From Octopus bimaculoides (Eukaryota), in contig NC_068983.1 in the NCBI RefSeq assembly GCF_001194135.2, positions 34,712,305 through 34,756,048 on the forward strand: a DNA stretch of 43,744 bases, given 5' to 3'. Positions within the stretch are counted from its first letter, which is position 1; the number at the start of each line of letters is the position of its first letter. Below are positions 12,558 through 25,321 of the stretch, in pieces. A model generated the notes under the pieces. It did no database searches. It was not told the DNA's origin and saw only the letters and a program-made list of their open reading frames with translations. Position numbers and translations under genes: made by a program.

Positions 12558-13799
12558 CTTGTATAGTAATGCCCTGATATATATATATATAAAATAAATA
12601 AATATGATCTAGGAAATAAACGATGAATTCTTCCCTATGAATTTCTTTTACGCTAGCTACTTGATAAATTCTTATATAAGATTTTATTTTATTATTGAAT
12701 TAATTAAATATTTTCATAAATGCGTATGTTTATTTATACGATGGTACTTACAAGGCTAGTCTTGCTCTCTCGAGTTCCAAAATGATGCATTTTCATGGTG
12801 TATGGAGGTCAATTCCTAACATATATCATGTTGCTAACTATAAAGTGAAAATCACCATATATCCCTCTGCCAGCTGTTAAGAGGAGTTAGCTCTGTCAAA
12901 ATTTATATTAAATTTTTGTCTACAGCTTGCATGTTTCAAAAGGGTATATATCTAAAGTATGCATATCAGTATTAATAACCGTGAAACCGTTTACAAATCC
13001 TGTATATTTTATTTGGAATAAAAGTAGATGGAAATATTATGTGAAGCTTTGCAGTTGAGCACGATTTGCACTTAATTGAGGCACATTATATGTTTTTGTT
13101 TCTTGAAAGCCGTTTAATTCTAAGATATCTGTGTCTACTAATTTTGAGGCTCCATATGTGTTGTGATTTAGTCTTGCAGTTATTTTTGTTAATATATTTT
13201 ATTGAATTAAAACGTTACATTGTCTTCTTTTGAACATGGTTTAGTTAACGAAATATTTACCAATATCGGTATTTTCTAATGTTTTTACATCGCCTCCACG
13301 AAAGAGCGAATTCGAGAGGCATGTCGTTTATTAAGGAGAAGCTTATGTTAGGTTTGAGATTATGCTGAAAGATTTTTGAGCTTAGATATTCAAACATCAA
13401 TTGAGGACCTTTATAAATTAAATATTTTGTGGCATTCATATACTACAGAGAAATGTAAACGAGTTAGCGGCAGTATGTCTCCTGCAATGTTTGTAGATAG
13501 GATTAAGTTTTCTGAAGGATTATACTATATTCTTACGCGTATTCAATCTTTTTTCAAATTTTTGTGTAGGTTGTGCTATGTATTAGAGGGTATAACAAAT
13601 CATTTCAGATAAACGCTCTATAGATATATTGCAGATATTTCGTAAGTAATCGCTTAACCGATGAGAGATGTGATATTCGTCAGTTAATATTTTTAAAAAA
13701 TGCTATATTTTGTAACACTTGGCGACTTGCTGGAATACATATTCATGTATATATTTTCGTTTGGTTTTCGGAAGCAAAGAGTCAATCTGTCGTTAGGTC

Positions 13800-14166
<367 letters not shown>

Positions 14167-14479
14167 CGTAACAGCAGTTAAGTTATAATCGGTAATACTA
14201 CCTCAGATTAATTGCAAAATGAAATTTCTTATTGAGGCAATTAGAAGCCTAATTGCTTTCCGATTAGTCCTTTGATCGTGGTTTTTAATATTCAGAATTA
14301 TATAACATTACTCAGCCAGATCGTATGTGATGTAGAGGCTTGACTTCGTTTGTTAAATTTTACTTATTTTGATTTTATTGCAATCATTGCATTTTCCTAT
14401 TCAAAAACGTGAATTTTAAGAGGTTAATCCAGTCATGTGATTTTTAGGTGTGCTTTTATATATATGTATACATACATAC

Positions 14480-14605
14480 GCGAAGGGGGTAAAAAAAAAT
14501 TGCTTCCCGATCACTGTGTGGAAACTTGGGCAAGTGTCTTCTATAGCTCGGACTGACCAAATCATTTTGAGTGGATTTGATACACGGAAACTGAAAGAAG
14601 CACGT

Positions 14606-14606
<1 letters not shown>
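14480..14606 (+). mobile_element. SINE fragment, second family
   Basis: CTTGGGCAAGTGTCTTCTA..GACCAAA..GAGTGGATTTG..CGGAAACTGAAAGAAGC followed by (CA)n/(TA)n. Homologous to the reverse complement of 29485-29619. Confidence 0.7.
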
Positions 14607-14638
<32 letters not shown>

Positions 14639-15704
14639 CTTTTTATGCATCCCCTAATAAGAATAGTGTACTACACCCACTAATAACTAATTCTATTACA
14701 AGTATGTACATGCATATATGCATGCATGTGTGTATGTATGTATGTATGTATGTATGTATGGGTGTGTATGTATATATGTGAATGCATATATATATATTTG
14801 TATATGAATAAATTAGCCCTATGAACTACTTGGACTACCTTATAAAAGTCTCTGGCGAAGCCTAGAGGCATACCCAAGTACCATAATTTTATCTACAGAT
14901 TACTACAGTACACTGAAAAGATGGAAATAACATGTGGGGTACTGTGACCTCTTGGTAGAAACAGCTGTAAGAAACTGCTCTTATTTCTCTATTCTAGAAA
15001 GTACTAGTTCTTTACACATGTATTTATATATTAGCTGAACTATTTGAAATAAATAAATAAATAGACAGAATATAATCTCCAACAGCTAATGAATACTACC
15101 TCTGGATTCCCTCTATTTTCTTCTTGCCATATAAATTAAGGGTAAAACCACTAATTACCCTCACCTAATTATTATATTCAGTAGGGTAATTGCGATGCTA
15201 TAACCAACACTTGTGTGAGTGCCACCATGTTTTCATTGATGAATTTTGCGTCTGGTGAAAGTGAATTGTAAATGGTTTACTGTGAAATCTAAATTACAAT
15301 TATTTCATAAAGGAAACCTTGCGTGCTGTGGACGCGTGAGGGTGAATATTATATCTATGTGTAGGTGTGCTTAATGGGTGGCATAATCTTAGAATTTTCT
15401 TGCATAATGAAATTAAATTTGACAATATTGTCTAGGAAAACCAAACAGTGAGAGCTGTCATTATCCGTTGAATTTATCGTACAGAATTTATCCTGTAGTA
15501 TGCGAGGTTAAGATCAATAAGGTTTAATGTATGTTGGTGAAAGTGTTACTTACTATACGCTTAACGAATGATAGTTCAGGTATATGAAATTTCAGTGACT
15601 TAAGCAATAAGGAATTTTATGGTTTCCATTACCCAATTACATAAACTGTAATTTTACCCTTCAATTTCCCCAATAAAATGTTTATTTGATAATTGACCTG
15701 CTTT

Positions 15705-15842
15705 TGTTCGCTTTGTCCTAGAGGTAATAATTATAAAACATTATGGAACATTTTCTTGTTATTATTGTAAGGGATTTGTTATAGAGATGTATGTTTGATC
15801 TGCTCTTGCAAATGTTTAATCCAGGGTAATCGTTGTGCATGC
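15705..15842 (+). pseudogene. Nuclear-receptor-like C4 zinc-finger (DNA-binding domain) relic, frameshifted
   Basis: Removing one A from the A4 run at 15735-15738 gives CSLC-PRGNNYKHYGTFS-CYYC-KGF, an exact C-x2-C-x13-C-x2-C spacing with the KHYG and CKGF hallmarks. A second shift gives a shortened Cys cluster ICSCKCLIQGNRCAC. Confidence 0.55.
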
Positions 15843-16047
15843 TTTATTTCGTATTCAATCGTGGTTCATTGATAGCTTTTAAAGCTTGAGAGATGTTTTG
15901 ACTATGTTTCCGTTGATATGTGTATGTTGTACTATTTTTTTTTCTAGTAGCTTCATTACACAGCCCATGCGTGTAGTTGGTTATGATTTAGGAGTGAAAT
16001 CTAGGAACTTCACCGCATTTTGACTTGACTTTCATATGGATTTTCAG

Positions 16048-16173
16048 GTACTGTATGAGAAATACTTCTGAATTTTTATATATCTACAATCATGTCCTTG
16101 ATTCCAAGAAAATCTATATGTCTGGAGAACCGCATGTGACTTTTCAAATGCACAATGTACTGTTCTTCATGCG
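16048..16173 (+). CDS. Candidate internal coding exon (126 nt, phase 2-2) of an unidentified gene
   Basis: Acceptor TTTTCAG|G and donor GCG|GTAAGA. Only one frame is open: YCMRNTSEFLYIYNHVLDSKKIYMSGEPHVTFQMHNVLFFM. No homology recognised. Confidence 0.35.
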
Positions 16174-18658
16174 GTAAGAAACAAAATATTGTATTTTACA
16201 ACATTGCAGTGTGTAGCATAATTTATAGTGCAGGATCTAAGCTCAAAAGTACGTGATGAATTGGAAGTCATTAGAGAACAGGACATCATAATAAATGTTC
16301 TATTTCTTTAATCAATTACTCCCTTGTCATGGAGTTGGTATTAAGAAATGCAAGAAGGCTAGCGCCAGAATGAAGATTGAATAACCAATTTGTGGACCCA
16401 TATTGTAAATATAAAGAACCTCATCGTAAAAGGGGAAACCATTCTAGAAGCAAAATCACTCCTTGGATTAATTATTTCAGCATTTTCACGGTAGACCAAT
16501 GTTATTTCTTTTCTTCGTTGTGATTAAATTAATCTTTTGAGGTTAGTTGTCAAGTATGCAACCAACCATTTTAATAACCTTTCATGCGGTGGACGTTCCC
16601 AGTCATTGTTCTTAGTTTTATGTTTAGTATTTAACAACAAAATATATTACTCTAGTGATTCTGAAACTTTCAATAACGGTTATGCAATACTGCGTTGATG
16701 AGATGTGATAAAAAAGAAACATGACCAATGTTTTTATCGAGCTGCGAAAGATCTCAGTCTGGCTTTTGTGACTACATTTTGTAATATATATAATAATTTG
16801 TTGTAACTACTATAACTGTAACGTTAATGAAATATTATTGGTAGCTTACCATACTAAGTATGCTTGAGTCCACATTACTAACATCGGGTATGTATGATCT
16901 ACTTCTCTTTATCCTCCATCTGTCATACCGTTGGGAGTTATGTATCTTGGACTAAGATGAATTATATGGACACACGTTAACTATCGCTAGTTCTCCGTCT
17001 GATAACTTATCAGTATAGCTACGGTATGAAGCAAATGAATGCGAATTAAGGAGTCCTGAATTTCAACTGTCCCTCCCAAGTATATAGAAAATACCCAGAT
17101 GCTTGTTGGCTCAAAGGAACAAATGGACAGAAATATTAGTTTTATAGTATATTACAAGAAACTTGTAGTATCGTTCGAAACAATGGCCGTGTTAGAAACG
17201 TCAAAGCCAATTCTTAACGAACTCAGATCTCAAATAACAGATACATAGGATGCCACTGTAGTGCATTTACGAGTAATGTTATCTATATGACCCCTCAACT
17301 TTCCAAGCTAATAATCATGGGAGAACTTGAACTTATAACTTCGAGAAAAGAAAACTTACTCTAATCTCAAGAAGCAATAGTTGAGAAAGCTACATGCTGA
17401 AACATCTGTATTTCGTATCCTGCCATTGGGGTGGCACTGTATAAATGGATCAGGACACTGTCATTACAACTTTTGCTGACACAAACCACCAAGTTACATC
17501 TATCATCTGTTGACACAACTGAACCCATTGCGCGGCGAATTTATACAATTAACCAATTTTTCGTGAGGCTGCTGCTCAGATTCAAAATTGTCTAGGAGTG
17601 CTGTCGCTTGGGCTCATTCTGAACCAAATCTATCAGATTTATATGGTATCGAGTTATAAGTCGATTAGATGTAATTGAAAATTTCAGATATTTCCTTTTA
17701 CACGTTTTTCTTTTTCTTTTCGAATAAGGTTGTCATTTTTTTAGTATTTTCTCAAAACACCCAATGAAAGATCTTATTGGATAGAAATTTACAATTTATT
17801 TCAATTTATAATTATATTTTCGTCCATTAACTGTTTATATCTGTGTTATTTTCATTCTTTTGTTGGTTTTGATGTTTATAATTTTCTCTTTTAATCTTCA
17901 AGAAATTATCAGTACAAACTCTGTTTTATACCTTCAGCTTTGTATCCACGCATGTGTAAATTGTTCCAATTGAAGTTGTTCTGCGAAGCATTTACGTTTC
18001 TTTACAAAACAAAAGAAAATTGTCGAAGAAAAATGTTGGATGCAGTCAATAATATGTAGTCGCGAACGTGTTAAAGTTTTACGCTTGGAATAAAACTTTG
18101 AAGTAAGCTACTGGTTTGAAATTTTAACACTCACTCCGTTGTGTATAATAAGTATAAAAAGTCCTTTGAAATTCTTAAACTGTTTAATTCTGTTATTGGA
18201 TGAATTCTGTAAGAGTAGTTAAATTCCAACATTTCTTGATATTTTCTTTCTGAAGGTGATGGTAGTGAGCAGTAAAATAAAAACATGATTCTCGGTTATA
18301 AACAAACACATCACAGTTTCCACCCACTATAGCAGCAATTCCGCTTCATATAAATTGTAACTAGATGAAGTAAAAGAGCTATAATTTTCATCTAAACTTA
18401 AAGTAGGAACGTGGAAAGGTCAGCAAAATGTTATTATCCATCTTAATGCTTTAGAGCGATTTTTTCCATCTACATTTGGTGTTCAAATTTTGCAAATTGT
18501 GTTAGATTTTCATCTCTTCGAAGTTGGTAAATTAAATACTTGAACTTCACTTGAGTTATCTTATTGATTATATTCTTCCCCTATAAAATCTAACTTGCGC
18601 TCAATCTAAAACACACACACACGCACACATATATATGAGTAATATGGTTGAGTAATAT

Positions 18659-18826
18659 GCTTTATTAAAAAGCAGCAAAAAATATCACAAAATCTGTTAC
18701 TCAGAGTTTCACGTTCCCGTTCGTCGGACAATCTTATTTAGATTCTAAACAAAACTGTTCGACGACCAAGAACGTGAAACTTTGAGGAATAGTTTGTGTG
18801 ATATTTTTGATGCTTTTTAATAAAGT
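18659..18826. repeat. Palindromic repeat (~77-bp arms, ~82% complementary, inner TTTAG/CTAAA stem with a 3-nt loop at 18742-18744)
   Basis: Manual alignment of 18659-18735 against the reverse complement of 18751-18826 gives 14 differences in 77 columns. Flanked by (CA)/(TA) runs and an N-gap. Confidence 0.9.
18690..18735 (-). ncRNA. Putative minimal type I hammerhead ribozyme (U4C core variant)
   Basis: Minus strand: AAGAUUGU (stem I) CCGACGA (core) ACG-GGAA-CGU (stem II) GAA A-CUC-U-GAG-U (stem III) A| ACAGAUUU (stem I). Predicted GUA cleavage between 18698 and 18697. Confidence 0.65.
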
Positions 18827-18851
18827 AAACATATACATATATATATATATA

Positions 18852-19471
18852 NNNNNNNNNNNNNNNNNNNNNNNNNNNNNNNNNNNNNNNNNNNNNNNNN
18901 NNNNNNNNNNNNNNNNNNNNNNNNNNNNNNNNNNNNNNNNNNNNNNNNNNNNNNNNNNNNNNNNNNNNNNNNNNNNNNNNNNNNNNNNNNNNNNNNNNNN
19001 NNNNNNNNNNNNNNNNNNNNNNNNNNNNNNNNNNNNNNNNNNNNNNNNNNNNNNNNNNNNNNNNNNNNNNNNNNNNNNNNNNNNNNNNNNNNNNNNNNNN
19101 NNNNNNNNNNNNNNNNNNNNNNNNNNNNNNNNNNNNNNNNNNNNNNNNNNNNNNNNNNNNNNNNNNNNNNNNNNNNNNNNNNNNNNNNNNNNNNNNNNNN
19201 NNNNNNNNNNNNNNNNNNNNNNNNNNNNNNNNNNNNNNNNNNNNNNNNNNNNNNNNNNNNNNNNNNNNNNNNNNNNNNNNNNNNNNNNNNNNNNNNNNNN
19301 NNNNNNNNNNNNNNNNNNNNNNNNNNNNNNNNNNNNNNNNNNNNNNNNNNNNNNNNNNNNNNNNNNNNNNNNNNNNNNNNNNNNNNNNNNNNNNNNNNNN
19401 NNNNNNNNNNNNNNNNNNNNNNNNNNNNNNNNNNNNNNNNNNNNNNNNNNNNNNNNNNNNNNNNNNNNNNN
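18852..19471. other. Assembly gap (N) flanked by (TA)n
   Basis: Directly visible. Other gaps: 24074-24083, 25266-25275, 28824-29323, 35438-35593, 39453-39462, 40542-40611. Confidence 0.99.
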
Positions 19472-19472
19472 N

Positions 19473-19513
<41 letters not shown>

Positions 19514-22500
19514 TAATGTAGCATGCGTTGGGGTGCTTGTGAGGGGTTCCTAGCAAGCTGATGCCTAATGTACAGTAACATACATTTTAAATTTAGGAAT
19601 CCCGTCTTTACAACAAGAAACATGGATTTCAATTTTTTTCTGTTTGGATGATGCAGTTAAGGAGCTATTTAATGCTCTAAGATATAGAGATGCCGTATTT
19701 AGAGATCTGGGAAGGACGAATCTTGAATAAAAGTAATTGATCTCTCACTTTGAAATAATTCCTTCGTAGAAAACACGAACAAGAAAATTCGCTAATTACC
19801 TGTTGCGAAAATATAGAACTTGTGTGCATCATCAACTGACAGTTTTTCAAGATGCCAGAAATGTAAGATAAGATTCCAGGAAGTGGGTGAACAATAAAGT
19901 TTCTCTTCATTTATACATGCATGTATTTAGTTAAATGAATCTCAAAAAGAATGTATCTTTCTGTTGAATGAACCCAAAAAAGGTTGATATTTGGTGTATG
20001 GCATTGATACAGTCTGGTACACTGTGATGATGCTGTTTCTTAGAATTACAGTAATTATAATACGTCCACCCAGCCAGATCTTTTTGAGAGCTAAACATCA
20101 ACGAAGTAAAAAGTGAATCGGATTGTGGTTGCTCCCTTTACACTAAATAGTATCCGATGATCCCAAAAACATAACCTGCCGTTGTGACTGGACCAATTAT
20201 AGGATGGTCAATTTTAGAATACCTTTGTCCGGCGGATACTGAGAAATATCGACAACATGGAGGTGTTACATAAAATTAAATAGTTCAAGTAGTAAATCGA
20301 AAGTGTGTTTCACTGTCAGTGTCACACCATCTCACTTCACACTCTATGACATTTGCTATTCGACTAAATGAAATGTTATCATCAAAGTAATATTATCACT
20401 CAGGAAATAATAAACTGAAGTAATTAAACAGGTCTGTCCTGATAACTTAATTTAATTTCTTACAGTGTTTCTGTGTAGTCGCTTATCTATATGATCTAAC
20501 TGACACATTGTGTTGACTGTCTATAATTTCATATCTTCAACTCATAACTAATGTCAATTTAGTTTAGAGAACATTGCTATAAAGTACATTGTGACGCAAT
20601 TAACTGTGACAAAAGATTTATAGTAGTTGCAATATCAATATTGGGAGGCATATATTAATTATTTTAGCTACATCCAACGACGAAATATGTTCTAATCAAT
20701 ACTTCATATATATAATGGTGTGTGGGTTTTTGATATATATTATAACATATATTATAAATTATGCAAAACTTTCAAATGTATACGAGCGGGTAAATTGAAA
20801 AGTTAAATGCGAATTTATTGAAAACACTTGTCTTTTCAGAATTTTAATGAGTGTAATTATAAAATATCACAGAAGAGACGTGTATATCAAGTCACTAGTC
20901 TATTACAGAACATACCAAGCATTCAGCAGTTCACTTTTTCTTATCTGAATATGGCTCAGGGTATTAGAGATTGGCTAATGTAAGGTACATCAATATTGCA
21001 TTGATTTATTGCGCTGCGTTCAATTCCCATACAAACGATAATTGCCATAAACCAGTATCTTGCAGTTAAATCTATATTTCAAGCGTTTAACTCTGTGATA
21101 ATCAGGTTTTAGGATCTTAGAAATTCACTCCTAGAATAGTTCTAACTGATGTCAAAATAACTCTCGGCGTATATGATTTACTTACCAGTATGTTTGTCAA
21201 AAGGATATCTATTTAATCAGTCTAGTTTTATGTTAAGTATAAAGTAAATGTATAACTAGGATATGTATGTAAAAGTATCTGGACAGATGGATCCGATTTT
21301 CGTTAGATTGCGACACAAAAGATGTCTCCATATAGACTATAGTACATTATTTGATTAGAGTAGAGGAGATGTAATTACATTCCTGCAATGACTGATCCAC
21401 AGGTTAAAATATTTCGCGTTGTCTCCCTAAGTTCGGTGTTCAATAATGATGAAGATGTGGTATATAAACTACTATGCCGAAATTCAATTAACTGTATGAC
21501 AAATACTTTTACATTTGTCCCAATATTTGAATATTTAACAGAAAGAGAAATTAATAGAACACATAATTCCACGGACTAAATTCATTAAGTATTCAGTTAA
21601 TGTTCTGCATTCGGAGACCAAGATCTACCTTGGTTGTAATTATCTCTCCGAATTATTTGATACATTAACAGATTGAACGGATTATATTTGTTTACGAGTG
21701 AAGTAAACATATTCTAGATATAGGTAAACAGTTTATGATCCAGTGGATTGAGAATACAGTAATTTTGTGTTTACTTTAAATGGAGGTGGATTAACTGTAA
21801 ATACATTTCAGAGATTACGACGTAAAATCAATTTTTATATCTACATAAAACGCCGCATTGCTATTTGTTTGATCTTCGATCTAGAGATTGCCTTTTTCAT
21901 AGATGTTTATTGTCTTTTGTTTAGAAATTAAAATTCACACTTAGAATCAAATCTTGGATTATGTACGCAATTCGAACCATAACAAACTTTATGTAAATCG
22001 TTGATCGAATCAATTAAAATATAGTGTAAATATAAATATGGTCTAAACTATTTTCATCTCTCAAGATGAGGGACATAGTCGGAAAACCTAGAATTATATA
22101 AAACATGGTGATATTTCAGTATTATTGCATAATGGAATATCCTGAAAATAATAATGTTTGAACTTGACTTTAAGATCAGAAATACAAAGCACTCCAATTA
22201 AAGTAGTGAAAATTACTGTCTATCATAATCTGGATTAAATTTACCACTTCTTTGCGATGGAGAATAAAGTTGAAAATTTAATTTCGATTATCTCAAGAAT
22301 ATTACTGGCTCTATGCCAAAATATGAAACCATTATCTAAAAAGTATTTAAAAAAACTTTAACTATTCTTAATTGCAATGCGCTTAATTCAAAGACTTCAT
22401 TTACCCACAAACGTTGAATGTTAGGTACAGGTTTGTTCGTTTCCGGATTGCAATGTATGCATATTTAACCAGCTGCAGAATGGATTCTTGTTGATGTATT

Positions 22501-22824
22501 GTGTACAATATCGTAGATAAAATTGTAAGCAACTGCTGCAACATAGCCTAATGACTCTTGCAGCCTATCTATAAATATCACAATATTACGTGTTGTTAAT
22601 GAAATCCTATATTAATGCACTTATTAGCGAGGCAACAGAGTATCTCCTCTCTCCCACTCATCTGCTATTATGACAACTACTTCACTTTTAACTTATCCTT
22701 ACTGTCTTCAAAGGAAAGCAATAAAACAGTTGCAGGAAAGCAGAGTTCAGTAAACTAGTTTTAAATACTTGACGAAAAGCATTAAAAGCTTACGTTATAA
22801 ATCAAGCATTACTGTAATAACAAG

Positions 22825-22837
22825 GATAGTTAGATAA

Positions 22838-22918
<81 letters not shown>

Positions 22919-22936
22919 AAGACAGACAGACAGACA
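22825..22936. repeat. (GATA)n-(GACA)n tetranucleotide microsatellite
   Basis: Directly visible. Confidence 0.95.
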
Positions 22937-23729
22937 GCGTTTTTATGTTAATACGGTCAACTCAAAAACCAACTACATCGGATCAAATGCAAAACATGTC
23001 GACAAAAAAATATTCATACACATCAATCCTCAAACTATGGTCCAAATTATGATACCAGACCCAAGACACTATTCATAGAATGGTACCAGTACTATTCTCC
23101 AAAGCCAAAATGGTCCAAGAGCCAGTGATTGGCCTGGAAAATCACGTTGATTATTTATGGAGATGGCAGAAGCGTCAATTCTCCTTAATTCATTTGGAAC
23201 CTGTCTGTAAAGTGAACACCAAGTGAAACATTAATCCCTCAAAAACCTTACAAAATCCATTAAACGAAAGAGACCGTTCAGAAAAATGATACACATTCAC
23301 CATGACCACTCCCTATCGCAGACATCTTTGCAACGCATCAGGCCATCCGCAATCTGAGGGGATTGGTTACCCTCCCACAATCCACCGTATCTCTGTATGT
23401 GTCTATGTGCGTATGTGTATATGTGCATGTGTTTGTATGTATGTGTATACGTGTGTGTATGTAAAAAAAAACTTTGCGTATTATAGAATTTATATATGTA
23501 TTACTCGTCTAATATTATGTCAAATACAGTTTACATTCGTTGTTTTTCTTACGCTCATTACATTCGCACTAAACAATCTTTAACGTTATAAATGCGCTTT
23601 GATAACGACTGAGAGTTTTATTGCTTGCACAAAATTGCTCGCAGTTGGTGCCCCCTCCGTTGCTCATTTATGTGATACCTATGATAATTAAAGGACTCAA
23701 AATAAAAAATGAAATAATAGTAATTGGAG

Positions 23730-23997
23730 TGTTGCATTCGCGAACTAGTGACATGATTTCACTTCCTAGACCGAGTAGTGTGTTGTGTTTTTGAGCAAAA
23801 CACTTCATCTCATGTTCTTCTGCAATTACTGCAACACCTGCCGTGGAACACACAGTGCACCTGTTCAGATTACATCGATTTGATTGAGAGATTGAGCTAA
23901 TGTGCTGCACGAAACTTTGATCATTATAAACAAGAAGTTTGTGTAGGTCATTTGGCAAAAGCTGAACGCTAATGCGTTATCTTCGACGGGAGAATCC

Positions 23998-24000
<3 letters not shown>
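23730..24000 (+). mobile_element. Possible degenerate SINE, third family
   Basis: GTGTTGTGTTTTTGAGCAAAACACTTCATCTCA resembles a conserved SINE body motif recalled from mollusc repeats; the segment ends in (CA)n(TA)n. No second copy in the window supports it. Confidence 0.35.
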
Positions 24001-24073
<73 letters not shown>

Positions 24074-24083
24074 NNNNNNNNNN

Positions 24084-24130
<47 letters not shown>

Positions 24131-25275
24131 AGACAAATTTGAGGAAGCAATATCCCCGTAAGGGATTGTTAAAAACAATCCAGATGCCAGCTGGATTTAA
24201 CCAAATATATTGATATTAAGTTCCTCGATATACATGTAAAAACAGTTTCAGAAATTAAAAAATCAATAAAAGAAACTGGAAAAGAAAAAATATATAAAAG
24301 ACGCTTGGTTCATTTTTTTCTGTATCACAATGGAAAAGTAATGCAAATTAAAAGATTAAATGATATACCTATAAAGACAAATATAAATGGAGCTGCATCA
24401 ACAAGACAACCAAAAAAAATCCAAAAAGTTTCTACATATGTTTCAATCCGACAATATGTTTGAATCATCGATAATTTTAACTTTTATAGATGTAATAGCT
24501 GATATATTGTCGGATATCGTCAGGAAAAGTAAGTATATTTTCGGTCTTGAATTACGAAATTACTTATTTGAGGACTATGTTTAGGAATTTTCAAATGTAA
24601 ACAAACAACTTATTAGGACGCAGAAATCATGTGATTAGAAATTTAGCTAATACTGAACGTTGACATGCTGCTAAAACATTAAATCTATTTTTAAAATATA
24701 TCTATTACTATATTCAAATTTAAATTTAAATATATTTGTAAAAGTGTATATGAGGGAGATGGTAGAAAAACAGATGTAAACATGAGTGGTGTAATGAATA
24801 CTACGAGAATGTTTTCTAGAAATAGTATACAAAATAGTTGTATAGAAAAATAGCCTAATTGTCATAATATAAAATTCTTATAATTGTTGTTTTTTTTATT
24901 TAATTATCTACTGGCATCACCAATAATTGAATAGAAAAATTAGCTTTCTTAAATATGTTTATTTTTTTATTTTTGTAAAATATTTACGTTATCCAATGAT
25001 GTTACCATTAATTGAATGAAGCAATGTCTTAGGTTGAATTCGCTTCAAGTGTACATTTTGCAAACATCTATCAACTGACAATATTTCAGATGTTCAATTC
25101 GAATTTCACTAATTTTGGATAGCCTTGATAACGTTGTGTTCACATATATTTTCTAATATGTTAATATTAATGTTAATATTATCTCTATATATATGTTAAT
25201 GCAATAAAATCAATTGTTGGCTTGTTAAGGTGAGATTAATATTAAATATATAACTTTCTCTATACNNNNNNNNNN

Positions 25276-25321
<46 letters not shown>

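Noticed and set aside
21388-21579. 63-aa plus ORF with a possible CCACAG acceptor
   Set aside because: Weak pyrimidine tract, no homology recognised, and length within chance.
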